A stretch of DNA of 64,000 nt from a virus (lineage: Duplodnaviria; Caudoviricetes), in the IMG/VR virus record IMGVR_UViG_3300032007_000080, positions 3,210 to 67,209 of that record; one strand, given 5' to 3'. This document shows, one piece after another, positions 10,601 through 19,300 of the stretch (within the stretch, counting starts at the first letter, position 1; each line of letters opens with the position of its first letter). Under the pieces are notes generated by a model. The model was not told the DNA's origin. It saw only the letters and a program-made list of their open reading frames with translations, and did not search any database. Made by a program: the position numbers and the translations under genes.

Positions 10601-12075
10601 TTTAATAATTGCCATTGATTTCTTAATTCAGCTAGTTCACCATTTAATAATTTCCAACGTTTTTCTAATTCAGCAGATGTACCATTCGCTAATTTTATAT
10701 TCTTTTCTACGTCTTTCATTTCCTTTTCTGTATCGGCGATTTTTTGTTCTACATCTTGAATATTACTTTCGTTCATTGGAACTACATTTCTTAATGTATC
10801 ATCTAACTCTAATTTCTTCTTTCTAGCTGACTCCAATTGGTCTTCTAAATCTTTAATATAACCAGAACTTACTGTACCAGTAACTTTATTTGATAAAGTG
10901 TCTTGTAAATTCATTAACGTATTTTTACCACCAGCGAAATAATTTTCTGCATTATTTCTGTTATATGATTTACCATCAGCTGTATTTATTTCAGCTCTCT
11001 TTTTCCATAAAGCTGTCATTTTGTCTAATTGTTTTTTATTTACGTCTGTGTAAATCTCTATCTTATTTTTTCTAGTACTTAATTCTCTAATTTTATCGTC
11101 TAATGTTTCTACAGCTTTTTCAGCACCTTTTAATTCAATAAGTTCTTCTGCAGTTAAATCTCTAACTTTAGTATCTCGTATATCTTTTAATTCGCTAATA
11201 GTACCTAAATAACCAGCATATTGTTGTTGTGAAAATTCTAATTGATTTTTAACATCATCTAATTGTTCTAATTGGTCTTTCATACTGTCATTTATCGTTT
11301 TTCTTAATTCTCTGTACATTTTATCTGTACCAGTATTATTGAAATGACCAATTGCAACTCTTGTTAATTGTTCAGTTTTTGAGTAAATTCTATTACTCGT
11401 ATCTGTTATTTGCTTTTGAGCTTGTTCTCCACTAATATCTACTTTCTTATAACGCTCAATTTTAGCTCTTAACTTGTCCATCGCTGTCATTACAGTATTG
11501 ATTTGTGCTACAACTTTTTCTTCATCTGGTAACATTTTCATTTCAAGTTTTTGTTGTGATAATTCTTCTTTTTGTTTACGAAGTTCTTCCAATTGAGTAT
11601 TTAAGTCATCAATAACTTGTGCTTGTTCAGCATACGCTTTTGATGTTTGGCCCATTAAACTTTCGTCTGAAAAGTTATTATCTTCAATATCTTTCGTACC
11701 CATCAAGTTCTTTAATGTTTTATATTGTTCTTGTCTAGCTTGAATAGCACGAAGTTTTGTATGTTCAAAAGCTTTGTCTAACTGTTTAAATTTATTTCTA
11801 TCACCAAACACATAATTCGCTAAACCTTTTATAGGATTTGTCGCACCTAATAAACCTTTTCCAGTCATCTTTTTCTGTAAATGTTCAAATGTTTTTAGCG
11901 AGTCTTTCATATCTTTGTCTAAATGCTTAAAATTGGCTTTAGCAGAAAATCTTAAAGTTCGCTCTTCTGGAACTTTTCCAATTTCGCGTTTAACTTTACC
12001 GATTGTACTACTAAAGCCTTTTCCTATTTGAGCATCAAACTCAATACCATATTTCATATTATCATTATCGTCCAA
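7636..12075 (-). CDS. Tape measure protein
   Basis: 1479 aa; N-terminal coiled coil, Gly/Ala-rich hydrophobic middle, 11-aa Trp-periodic repeats, C-terminal SYDVGTNYVPNDQLAYVHKGEAIIP motif. Confidence 0.92.
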   Translation of the reverse strand: MDDNDNMKYGIEFDAQIGKGFSSTIGKVKREIGKVPEERTLRFSAKANFKHLDKDMKDSLKTFEHLQKKMTGKGLLGATNPIKGLANYVFGDRNKFKQLDKAFEHTKLRAIQARQEQYKTLKNLMGTKDIEDNNFSDESLMGQTSKAYAEQAQVIDDLNTQLEELRKQKEELSQQKLEMKMLPDEEKVVAQINTVMTAMDKLRAKIERYKKVDISGEQAQKQITDTSNRIYSKTEQLTRVAIGHFNNTGTDKMYRELRKTINDSMKDQLEQLDDVKNQLEFSQQQYAGYLGTISELKDIRDTKVRDLTAEELIELKGAEKAVETLDDKIRELSTRKNKIEIYTDVNKKQLDKMTALWKKRAEINTADGKSYNRNNAENYFAGGKNTLMNLQDTLSNKVTGTVSSGYIKDLEDQLESARKKKLELDDTLRNVVPMNESNIQDVEQKIADTEKEMKDVEKNIKLANGTSAELEKRWKLLNGELAELRNQWQLLNEDMQTNPLKENFRSDDMQKENGLWDQINSKATKFWQIFKRNNAITRLGKRILTQIRNTIANMINPLNLFTKGWNSWLDRVENKQLKNTFEMIKYNLVTAFEPLFEKFAQFLLKVAQVANIFTKKFAGVDLFDSKDWKKNKAMLDQITASFDELHNVGENTDTIFDSGNFKMEPLSDEQVKFWEGMADKVAKAWEGVKNVFQWIIDHWKWLVAAWAGYKLAKFFGQLTDWGKNFGGLLKGLSLSNLLTGLGIAIGLATTLYGIFQDIKLAQKWNQMTPKERNKTADKGDAAIGIGGGILGGIAGAKIGASALGASLGLTAETGAAVGVAVVGGIALGISGTANAITAATHGDFDMVEKESKKAGTGYGLAIGAAVGTAICPGIGTAIGAGVGALVGFLGGTVVGKVSRFFGDMGGDFSKLKVSADDLKWATEQYNTALGNEYQALQDLKGMEQATGQSGEALYKQVENGTIKYGDLTTEQKLLVKAYENYQDCVKNTADALKQQTDYENAILKDKAKESGDYSEFIASMQDATNKGVYSSEEMQDRLSQVYATLSKDEREVFLSQIPEDMREGVQQGAEQYYSDWEKFKINAGKKWEDFKEGWGKFWGGVGTKLGEIGQGIATTAGNIWDGMKTTAGNIWKSIEIEAITAWDAIKESAIGQKVAEIATKVGEKWEEIKTKAGEAWETVKTTVGEKVETLKTNLSEKWENIKTKAGEVWDNVQTKASEIWGNIKETVGGKVEELKTKVQEKWENLKTKAAETWDNIKNKASETWNNIKNSAIGQKVSEIATNVKNKFDEIKTNLSNSWNTLKTNASTAWNNIKNSIVDGAKNAWEGAKGFFSKIGEGVKSAWEGIKGFASDTGQRFGNFFSGKGFKTDEEYDEFQKKHPSYDVGTNYVPNDQLAYVHKGEAIIPAKYNKPVSLDNTATNRTNEEIRNLVNQVRELQSMVAQGIKINGEFVQRGADLVATVERASNKVSNGILSQKQYAR

Positions 12076-12087
12076 TTAAGCCACCTC

Positions 12088-12444
12088 CTATCTGTAATTT
12101 TTATTATTGACTTGTTCTTGTACATTTTGTACGAACATGTCCTTAAATTCAGGTGGTAATTTTTCAAGAGGTACTCCTTGTTGTTTTTCAAATAACTCAG
12201 GTATAGCTTTCTCCACTTTACCAGGAAATTCTTTACTCATAGCTGCACGAGACATTGTACCTTGTCTCCAAAGTTCATACGCTAAACCTTCTCGTTTATA
12301 CTTGAGTATGAATAATAATTCCTTACAAGAATAATTATATAATTCTTCTAACCCAAAACCTAATCTTGTTAGTTCACAATATAAATCGTGTACAAAATGA
12401 AATCCAGCTAATGGGTCATATTCATACTCTTCTAGTCGTTTTTT
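12088..12444 (-). CDS. Tail assembly chaperone -1 frameshift extension (GT-like); missed by the ORF track
   Basis: Open -1 frame from the slippery site A AAA AAC (12444-12438) to TAG at 12090-12088; KRLEEYEYDPLAGFHFVHDLYCELTRLG...NKNYR. Confidence 0.8.
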   Translation of the reverse strand, partial: KKRLEEYEYDPLAGFHFVHDLYCELTRLGFGLEELYNYSCKELLFILKYKREGLAYELWRQGTMSRAAMSKEFPGKVEKAIPELFEKQQGVPLEKLPPEFKDMFVQNVQEQVNNKNYR

Positions 12445-12773
12445 AGTTCTTCAACGCTCATATCCTTTGCTTCGTTTACGTCTTGTGGTTTTAATATGCC
12501 TGATTTAACAGCTAATTGCTGTAATAAATCATTACCCAATTCTACAAGGGTATACTTAGTTAATAATAAATCCATTACATCATCTGCGTTGCCAGCTAAT
12601 TCTTTATTTGATAAAGCCTCCCAGAAAATTCTTTGCATAGAAGTAAAAGATAAGTCTTGGAATATCTCAAAAATATTTTTACCATATACTTTTTCTAATG
12701 TCACAATAACTTGTGATTTTAATTTAAAATGAAGCTCTTTGTCTCCAATTGTAACAATTAACTCATTATCCAT
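12432..12773 (-). CDS. Tail assembly chaperone (G-like)
   Basis: Between major tail and TMP genes; ends in a slippery sequence. Confidence 0.85.
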   Translation of the reverse strand: MDNELIVTIGDKELHFKLKSQVIVTLEKVYGKNIFEIFQDLSFTSMQRIFWEALSNKELAGNADDVMDLLLTKYTLVELGNDLLQQLAVKSGILKPQDVNEAKDMSVEELKND

Positions 12774-12873
12774 AATAAAATTCCTCCAATATAATATAAT
12801 TTATCACTCTAAAACCTGTGGAGAAAACCAGGGAAACCTGTGATAGATGGTGTACAGCCGGTTTATTGATTTA

Positions 12874-13353
12874 CTAATTACCAGCTGGTGTAACAGCAGG
12901 AACAGTAACAGTTATTTTTGATTTTAAGCTGTGATACATTGTAAATTTCTCAATAGCACTTTGTTCGTCAGCATTGAATTGAAGCTTAGCAATAGCGTCA
13001 TATTCAAATGTAACTTTTGATGCTTTTGTAAGTTTCCAATGTGCAACAGTTTTATTATCAACAAGATTTTTGATATATGTTAAGTTATGTTCAACAGCTT
13101 TACCATCTTTATCTGTTTGAGCGATTAACGCCATCATATTAAATTCATAACTTAATACATTTGATGGTTGTAATCCTAATACATTTGTTTCATACTCTGT
13201 ATTATCAAGAGTAGTACTATCAATAGTATTTGGTTCCCCACCAAAATCTGGAGTACTTGCTAAACCATATAATCTAACATAATCTCCAGAACCAACTTTA
13301 ACCTCCAATTTTGTGCCCATAGTGGCGATTTGGATTTTTGCATCTGGGTCCAT
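12874..13353 (-). CDS. Major tail (tube) protein
   Basis: PDFGGEPNTIDSTTLD motif typical of siphovirus tube proteins; synteny. Confidence 0.85.
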   Translation of the reverse strand: MDPDAKIQIATMGTKLEVKVGSGDYVRLYGLASTPDFGGEPNTIDSTTLDNTEYETNVLGLQPSNVLSYEFNMMALIAQTDKDGKAVEHNLTYIKNLVDNKTVAHWKLTKASKVTFEYDAIAKLQFNADEQSAIEKFTMYHSLKSKITVTVPAVTPAGN

Positions 13354-13446
13354 ACTAATACCTCCTTTTATAATTTTTCAATAATGATATTATATTCTTT
13401 AAAATTTAAAATCTCCCAGGTTTGAACGTCGTTCCTCCATTTTTGA

Positions 13447-13827
13447 TTACTTTAATAAACCATCAAGATAATCATATCTAACTGAACCGGTAATAAGAAC
13501 TTTTCTAACAGTAGTATCTAATGTAGTAATATCGTTTGTTGACACAAGAAAACGTAGTTCCTCCAATTTATCTACAATCTTATCTGTGAAAGCATCTAAA
13601 TCGGACAATGAACCACCTTTTGTAGATAAATAACCAGTTAATACTCGCATTTCGTTTTTATTGGAGTAATCCAAATTATGACGATTTCCGATAGTATTTA
13701 ATCTGTAACCAAAATAATACTTACCTTCTTCTATCATATCGTCTCCAACAATAACTCCACACTCAAGGTCGCCTATCTCATTTAATTTATCTTGTATCAT
13801 TATACGAAAACCATTAGTTTTGTTCAT
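13447..13827 (-). CDS. Tail terminator/completion protein
   Basis: Size and position before the major tail gene. Confidence 0.55.
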   Translation of the reverse strand: MNKTNGFRIMIQDKLNEIGDLECGVIVGDDMIEEGKYYFGYRLNTIGNRHNLDYSNKNEMRVLTGYLSTKGGSLSDLDAFTDKIVDKLEELRFLVSTNDITTLDTTVRKVLITGSVRYDYLDGLLK

Positions 13828-13839
13828 TACATACCTCCA

Positions 13840-14277
13840 TCATTTTTTGACTTCCGATTTGAACCATTCCAATATTCTTTCCCTACAATTTATAGGGTAT
13901 TGTTCCATAGCCTCTTCAATTTCAGCTACTTGAGCTTCTCTTTTTGGATGTGTAGATAAATAATCCATAACCTCAGGGTTAGTTTCATCATCATATTGAC
14001 TTTCGCCAGGTTCCAAATTTGGGTCCAAATTTATATGTTGACCTCTATCATAACCAACTCTACCAGAATAACCTGTAGGTGTTTCAGTTATATACGCATA
14101 ATGACTTTGTAATAATCCACCAAATCTTACTGGTGTCTCACTTAACATTACACCTTCAACTTTTCCAACCTCTTCGGACATAATCTGTAACATTGGTTGG
14201 TCAGCAATTTGTTCCATTCGCTCTAAATGGTCCATCTTCTTCCAAAATGATTTGTTCCATCTTGCCTGTCTAGCCAT
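13840..14277 (-). CDS. HK97 gp10-like tail-completion protein
   Basis: TPVRFGGLLQSH resembles the gp10 PVxTGxLxxS motif; synteny. Confidence 0.55.
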   Translation of the reverse strand: MARQARWNKSFWKKMDHLERMEQIADQPMLQIMSEEVGKVEGVMLSETPVRFGGLLQSHYAYITETPTGYSGRVGYDRGQHINLDPNLEPGESQYDDETNPEVMDYLSTHPKREAQVAEIEEAMEQYPINCRERILEWFKSEVKK

Positions 14278-14281
14278 AGGA

Positions 14282-14614
14282 TTACCTCCATTTCATTTCA
14301 AGCCATCTTGGATTTACTTTCAAAATATTGTAATAATTACCATTATATTTTATAACATAATTACTTACATTATCTTGTTTATTTCTAACCTTAGTGATTA
14401 AAAACTTTTCTAATTCATTATGTAATGTACTTACACGATGAATTTTATCAACATCTGCACCATAGGTCGCTACTGCAACTCTATCATTTGTCAAATATTG
14501 AATAAGAGCCTGATAGGGTGTTCCCTCATCATAACTATCGGTACGTTCCCCATCAGGCAGTGTAACTTTTACAATTTTATGTAAAATTATTTCTTCTAGC
14601 CTGGTGAGTTTCAT
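14282..14614 (-). CDS. Head closure/head-tail adaptor
   Basis: 110 aa; IKYNGNYYNILKV C-terminal pattern; synteny. Confidence 0.6.
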   Translation of the reverse strand: MKLTRLEEIILHKIVKVTLPDGERTDSYDEGTPYQALIQYLTNDRVAVATYGADVDKIHRVSTLHNELEKFLITKVRNKQDNVSNYVIKYNGNYYNILKVNPRWLEMKWR

Positions 14615-14958
14615 TATATAACATACCTCTTTCCGTGACGTACGATTTCTTCTTGAAGGTAATGGTGCCAGTCTATGAAATAATTTGCTTGTCCAAGTTC
14701 ATCTTGTCTCGTTTGACTTTCTACACCACGATTTTGATACCAAATTATTGCAACATCTACAACAATTGATTTTAAATCTGTTATAGTAGTTTCAAACATA
14801 CGATTAGACACAGATAAAGCTTCGTCAGCTATTATTTGAATTTGACTTTTCAAAATATTTTCATCGTCGTCTTTATATACAGGTCCTAAAATGTTTTTTA
14901 CTTTAGTAAAAACATCTAACACATCTGTATCTTTAACGATTGGCACCACGTCACTCAT
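14614..14958 (-). CDS. Head-tail connector (gp6/gp15-like)
   Basis: AIIWYQNRGVE motif; directly after the MCP gene. Confidence 0.7.
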   Translation of the reverse strand: MSDVVPIVKDTDVLDVFTKVKNILGPVYKDDDENILKSQIQIIADEALSVSNRMFETTITDLKSIVVDVAIIWYQNRGVESQTRQDELGQANYFIDWHHYLQEEIVRHGKRYVI

Positions 14959-14977
14959 AATTTACCTCCAATTTTTA

Positions 14978-15874
14978 TTATTCTGCAATATTGAAAGCTA
15001 TTGCAGCAGTTCTATTATTTAAAATAAATACATCACTGTATTCTTTTTCATAATAGATGTAATCACCTTTTGTTCCAGCTGCTGGAGCTTCAACACCAAC
15101 GAAAGAATATTTAGATGGTGTGATTATAGCAGATGGGTGAACTAAGAACATATTTACTTGTTTAGCACCATCAGCAACTTCATAACCTACGTTATTGAAA
15201 TTGTAAGCAGATTTCATAAGTACTGATGGAACTGTATTTAAGTAAACTTCGTCTAATCTATCAACTATTCTATTGATAGCTCCGTTGTTGTTATCAACAG
15301 GACGTCTTAATCCAATTTGAGATGCATTTTTTAATAGAGTTTTAACTGCTGGAGTAACATATAGTATTCTTCCAGAGAAAGGAACTAATGCTTCGTCCAT
15401 AGCCTCCATCATAGCATCAAATACGTTTAATACATTATCAACTGTTAAAGCTGTTGTATTAGGTGTACCACCTTGTGCTGACCAATCTGCAAATATTTTT
15501 GAGATTGTATAAGCATCTTTTTCAGGGAATTTTTGAGTTTCATTAAATACCTTTGTAGCATTTTGAATTGTTAATACCATATTAGTATCATCAACATCTG
15601 CTGGGTCTAATGAAGTACTCCATTCTCTATAAAATTGCATTGTTTTGTCTTCGTATGTATCATCTACATTTCTTTGGAAGACACCGTCAATAGCATCACG
15701 GTTAACATTCTTTCTACCAGTTACACTAATAGATGGAATGTGAATAGTTTTGGCATTTAAGAAAGTATAAATAGAGTTGTTTGCTACATTATATAACTCA
15801 CCAAAGTTTAACACATTTGGGTAAGCTTGTGCTAACGCTCTCTCATACTTTTCAGCATAATTAACAGCTGCCAT
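14978..15874 (-). CDS. Major capsid protein (true start likely 15874, MAAVNYAEKY)
   Basis: AKTIHIPSISVTGRKNVNR and size typical of Firmicutes HK97-fold capsids; AAGGAGG RBS. Confidence 0.85.
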   Translation of the reverse strand: MAAVNYAEKYERALAQAYPNVLNFGELYNVANNSIYTFLNAKTIHIPSISVTGRKNVNRDAIDGVFQRNVDDTYEDKTMQFYREWSTSLDPADVDDTNMVLTIQNATKVFNETQKFPEKDAYTISKIFADWSAQGGTPNTTALTVDNVLNVFDAMMEAMDEALVPFSGRILYVTPAVKTLLKNASQIGLRRPVDNNNGAINRIVDRLDEVYLNTVPSVLMKSAYNFNNVGYEVADGAKQVNMFLVHPSAIITPSKYSFVGVEAPAAGTKGDYIYYEKEYSDVFILNNRTAAIAFNIAE

Positions 15875-16057
15875 AACAAATCCCTCCTTATAAAAATATT
15901 TTAAGTCCGTAGTAAACGGAAATGGGTTTACTACATAACTTTTTACATTATATAGAAATATTACCCATCCCATTTACTACGGACTTATGAAAGTGAGTGT
16001 TTATTTATTCCCTATACATAACACCGTGTCCCCAGGACATATCTATTTCTTAATTAT

Positions 16058-16086
16058 ATTGTATAATAAGTAAACAAATATGTCAA
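16058..16086 (-). promoter_or_regulatory. sigmaA-type promoter for the capsid/tail operon
   Basis: TTGACA-17 nt-TACAAT. Confidence 0.75.
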
Positions 16087-16114
16087 GAAATAAAATGAAA
16101 TTTTTTAAATTATT

Positions 16115-16474
16115 TTATTTTACTTTCCATACATCCCATAGTTCTCTATCTCTGCAATCAAATGTATCATATACAACTCCATCAATAACTGTAGTTATAT
16201 GATTTGGCATAGTGACCAAATAAGTTCCAATAATACATCTTTCTGTAAAATCTCCAACAGTTTCACCTGGATATGTAGATATTCGATTATATCTATAATC
16301 TAATAAAGGTTCCACAAAATTAACATCATCTAACAGAATACCATTGTTCTTTGCTATTCGACTTAAATCATCATAGGTTTCACTCCAACTTTTATCTTCT
16401 GCTGTAGAGATAGCTCGTATTACGCAGTCATTTACAAAATTATTATGCTCGTTAGCGTTATAATATTTATACAT
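16115..16474 (-). CDS. Hypothetical protein, possible papain-like/C39-type cysteine peptidase
   Basis: NDCVIRAIS ... NHITTVIDG ... D arrangement (Cys-His-Asp). Confidence 0.45.
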   Translation of the reverse strand: MYKYYNANEHNNFVNDCVIRAISTAEDKSWSETYDDLSRIAKNNGILLDDVNFVEPLLDYRYNRISTYPGETVGDFTERCIIGTYLVTMPNHITTVIDGVVYDTFDCRDRELWDVWKVK

Positions 16475-17004
16475 TAAGCCTCACTCATTTGACTTATTTT
16501 TCTTAAATGTTTCTTGATTATTTGTTTAGCCTCAGGAGACTCTGTTTCTCTTATCATTTTTTGAGCGAAATCTGTAAATAACCTCATAGTATCTTCTAAT
16601 GCTTTCATACCTTCTTGACCAGCTCCATAATTACCTCTACTATAAGCAGACATACTTTCCGAATAAGCTCCATAACTATCTCTCATATCGTTTAACATTT
16701 CTTCACCAACATCGTGTCTACCATATTTTTCTCTGCCATATCTACCATATCTTCCATAATTCCCATACTCTCCATCAGAGTATTCACCATAGTTACCATA
16801 ATTACCATATCTCATTTTTAATACCTCCTTCTTACAATTCCAATAGTCAATATTTTCTAAATCTTTGTCAATATCAACCAATTTATATATTGTATCTAAG
16901 TCATCTTTGTCTAATTCATCATTAGAAAATTGACTTAATTCTTTGATTACGAGTTCTTTTATATTATCTGGGTAACATAATTCTTCTTTCTTTTCTTCCT
17001 CCAT
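16474..17004 (-). CDS. Hypothetical protein with a Gly/Tyr/Arg low-complexity core
   Basis: RYGNYGNYGEYSDGEYGNYGRYGRYGREKYGR. Confidence 0.65.
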   Translation of the reverse strand: MEEEKKEELCYPDNIKELVIKELSQFSNDELDKDDLDTIYKLVDIDKDLENIDYWNCKKEVLKMRYGNYGNYGEYSDGEYGNYGRYGRYGREKYGRHDVGEEMLNDMRDSYGAYSESMSAYSRGNYGAGQEGMKALEDTMRLFTDFAQKMIRETESPEAKQIIKKHLRKISQMSEA

Positions 17005-17015
17005 ATAATCACCTC

Positions 17016-17486
17016 CTATGCTATTTTCTTAATTATTAAGTTAGCATTAACTATAATAGGAGTTTGTGTATCTATTCCTGTAGTCGTTAAATCAACTAAA
17101 TTAGGGAAACTAGGTACACTTGAAATAGTTAATGTTGTACTAGCTCTGCAACATACTCTTATAATTTTAGTAAAACTTAAATTTTCTACATCTCCTGCAG
17201 CAGTTATAGTTGAGGCAACCATAGAACCAGGTACCAATACACCATCTTCATATAAACCTAGAGCTACTATACCTGGAGTAGCAGAACTAACATTTGCGTT
17301 TAATATAATCTCATAGTAACCACCATCCAATAATTGATATAATGGAGAACCTTGTGTATGAGATAACCATCCATTACAACAATTAGCACTTCTAGTTCTA
17401 ACATCATCAGCTGTAAAAGTAACAGATGAGGTATTATTAGTTAATATTACAGGTAATTCTTGTACACTTTCTATCATAACCACCAT
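17016..17486 (-). CDS. Hypothetical beta-rich protein (BclA C-terminal/C1q-like fold suspected)
   Basis: GYYEIILNANVS...GIVALGLYEDG pattern; RBS AGAAAGGA before MVVM. Confidence 0.5.
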   Translation of the reverse strand: MVVMIESVQELPVILTNNTSSVTFTADDVRTRSANCCNGWLSHTQGSPLYQLLDGGYYEIILNANVSSATPGIVALGLYEDGVLVPGSMVASTITAAGDVENLSFTKIIRVCCRASTTLTISSVPSFPNLVDLTTTGIDTQTPIIVNANLIIKKIA

Positions 17487-17579
17487 TTCCTTTCTATAAA
17501 ATAAGAAGATAGACAACTTGCCTATCTTCTATATAATTAGCAAGTTCTCGTATTCGAGCGTCCTGTAATCAGGTTTTGC

Positions 17580-18467
17580 TTAAAAATTTCCATTACATCC
17601 ACATCCGCATCCATTATTGTTGCAAGTGAATATTGGAGTTCTTCCATAAACTGGAGTTGTTGGAACTGGACAACTATTTAATCTATTATATAAGGCGTCA
17701 ACTTCATTGCTAAATCCTTGAGAGATGAATGCGTTTTGAGCTGTTTGACTAGCTCTTAAATCAGCCATTTGTAATTGACCTTGAAGTTCTGCTATTCTAT
17801 CATTTTTAGCTTCAACTTGAGCTTTAACACCATCTAATTCTAATTGACACAATTTATCAAGTATAGCTTGTGTATTAGATGTAGCATTAGTGATAATATC
17901 TCTTGTATTATTAGCGTCAGCAAATCTAGTCGCGTTACCTTCGTTTTGAATTATATTTTGTGTTTGACAATTAGCTAATCTATTTTCACAACAACAATCA
18001 GCAAATTGTGAACTGATTTGATTAAATCCTTGTAGCATAGCTGTTTGATTTGCAAAGTTTTGGTTCATATTTGCCATTTGTCTTGCGTTAGCAGAACTTT
18101 CTGCGTTAGCAAATCCAGAATTTATTGTTTGATTTACCCCAGCAAATCCATTACATAATTGAGTACTTACATTTTGAACTCCATTAGAAATATCATTTAA
18201 TTGATTTCCTAATTGTAATGTATTAAATCCATTATTTGTGTTTTGCATAATTTCTTTTTGTCCATTAGATAACCAAGGATACATATTGTCTCCTCCGAAA
18301 CCTCCACCAAAGCCACCAAAACCATTGTTCCAGCCACCCATCGCGAAGATTAGAAATAAGATTATCCACCAAGCGCCATCTCCACCAAAGCCATTACTGA
18401 AACCATTGTTTCTGTCTTGAATTAGAGCTACGTCAGAGGCAGATAAACCACCATTTTCATAGTTCAT
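17580..18467 (-). CDS. Hypothetical protein: Gly-rich hydrophobic N-terminus, Asn/Gln-rich coiled coil, Cys-rich tail
   Basis: GGDGAWWIILFLIFAMGGWNNGFGG...ADCCCENR...CNNNGCGCGC. Confidence 0.7.
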   Translation of the reverse strand: MNYENGGLSASDVALIQDRNNGFSNGFGGDGAWWIILFLIFAMGGWNNGFGGFGGGFGGDNMYPWLSNGQKEIMQNTNNGFNTLQLGNQLNDISNGVQNVSTQLCNGFAGVNQTINSGFANAESSANARQMANMNQNFANQTAMLQGFNQISSQFADCCCENRLANCQTQNIIQNEGNATRFADANNTRDIITNATSNTQAILDKLCQLELDGVKAQVEAKNDRIAELQGQLQMADLRASQTAQNAFISQGFSNEVDALYNRLNSCPVPTTPVYGRTPIFTCNNNGCGCGCNGNF

Positions 18468-18514
18468 AAATTTACCTCCTTTTTTAAAATATTTATATTA
18501 TTTGCAAATAATAA

Positions 18515-18736
18515 CTATTGTAATGTGTTTTTGAATTTACTAAATTCAGTATCAAAATCTAAACCTCTTTGTTTACAGATATTTCTAGCAAAATTCTCAA
18601 CACCTTTTGTATCTCCATTTTGAGCCATTCCAATAACATTACTCAAAATCGGATTACGGATATTCATTTGTTGTAATATACCTTTTGGAGTAAAACCTTT
18701 CATCATATATTGTTTTATTACATTTACAGGGTTCAT
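18515..18736 (-). CDS. Hypothetical protein (cassette member)
   Basis: 73-aa ORF coupled to the upstream gene. Confidence 0.65.
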   Translation of the reverse strand: MNPVNVIKQYMMKGFTPKGILQQMNIRNPILSNVIGMAQNGDTKGVENFARNICKQRGLDFDTEFSKFKNTLQ

Positions 18737-18738
18737 AA

Positions 18739-19185
18739 CTATTTCTCCTTTTTATACTTTATGTCATCTGTAATATCTTCTAACTTTCGTTTTAATGTTT
18801 TTATATCTTCTTTAATATCTTTGATGTCCTTACTATTTACATCTTTTAATTGTTTTTCCAAATCACTTTCTGTAACATATTTAGGTTTGTTTTCTTCCGG
18901 TTCATTAGATATTGGTTTGTAAATAATTACTTTACTAGTACCATCTTGTTGTAATTGTTTAGTTATTATAGCACTATTATCTGTTAATGGAAAATAACTT
19001 ACACTACCATCATAAGGAATATCAGCGGCTTTTACAACATCTAAACTATCCACTACCTTACCTTGTAGGGCAGTTGTCTGTGGTTTATATGTAGGCTGAT
19101 TTTGTCTTTGTTGTAATTGTTGATTATAATTAGGATATGGGTTGTACATACCATATTGATTATACATATTATAAGGTTCAAACAT
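18739..19185 (-). CDS. Hypothetical protein with a Tyr/Asn/Gln-rich N-terminus (first cassette gene)
   Basis: GGAGG RBS; MFEPYNMYNQYGMYNPYPNYNQQLQQ. Confidence 0.7.
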   Translation of the reverse strand: MFEPYNMYNQYGMYNPYPNYNQQLQQRQNQPTYKPQTTALQGKVVDSLDVVKAADIPYDGSVSYFPLTDNSAIITKQLQQDGTSKVIIYKPISNEPEENKPKYVTESDLEKQLKDVNSKDIKDIKEDIKTLKRKLEDITDDIKYKKEK

Positions 19186-19263
19186 AATCTTACCTCCTAT
19201 CTTTTATTAGTTATATTATATAAAAATAAAAAATATTTGGTTATTCTGACTGTAAACAAAAAA

Positions 19264-19300
19264 TTGACAAAAAAAAATATAGGGTTAATTCCCTATATTC
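19264..19300 (-). terminator. Intrinsic terminator closing the agr-like operon
   Basis: AATATAGGG-AATTAA-CCCTATATT hairpin overlapping the stop codon, then a long T-run on the minus strand. Confidence 0.7.

Noticed and set aside
14978-15973. ORF-track start of the capsid gene at 15973
   Set aside because: The extra 33 codons cover the structured leader; the strong RBS precedes ATG at 15874
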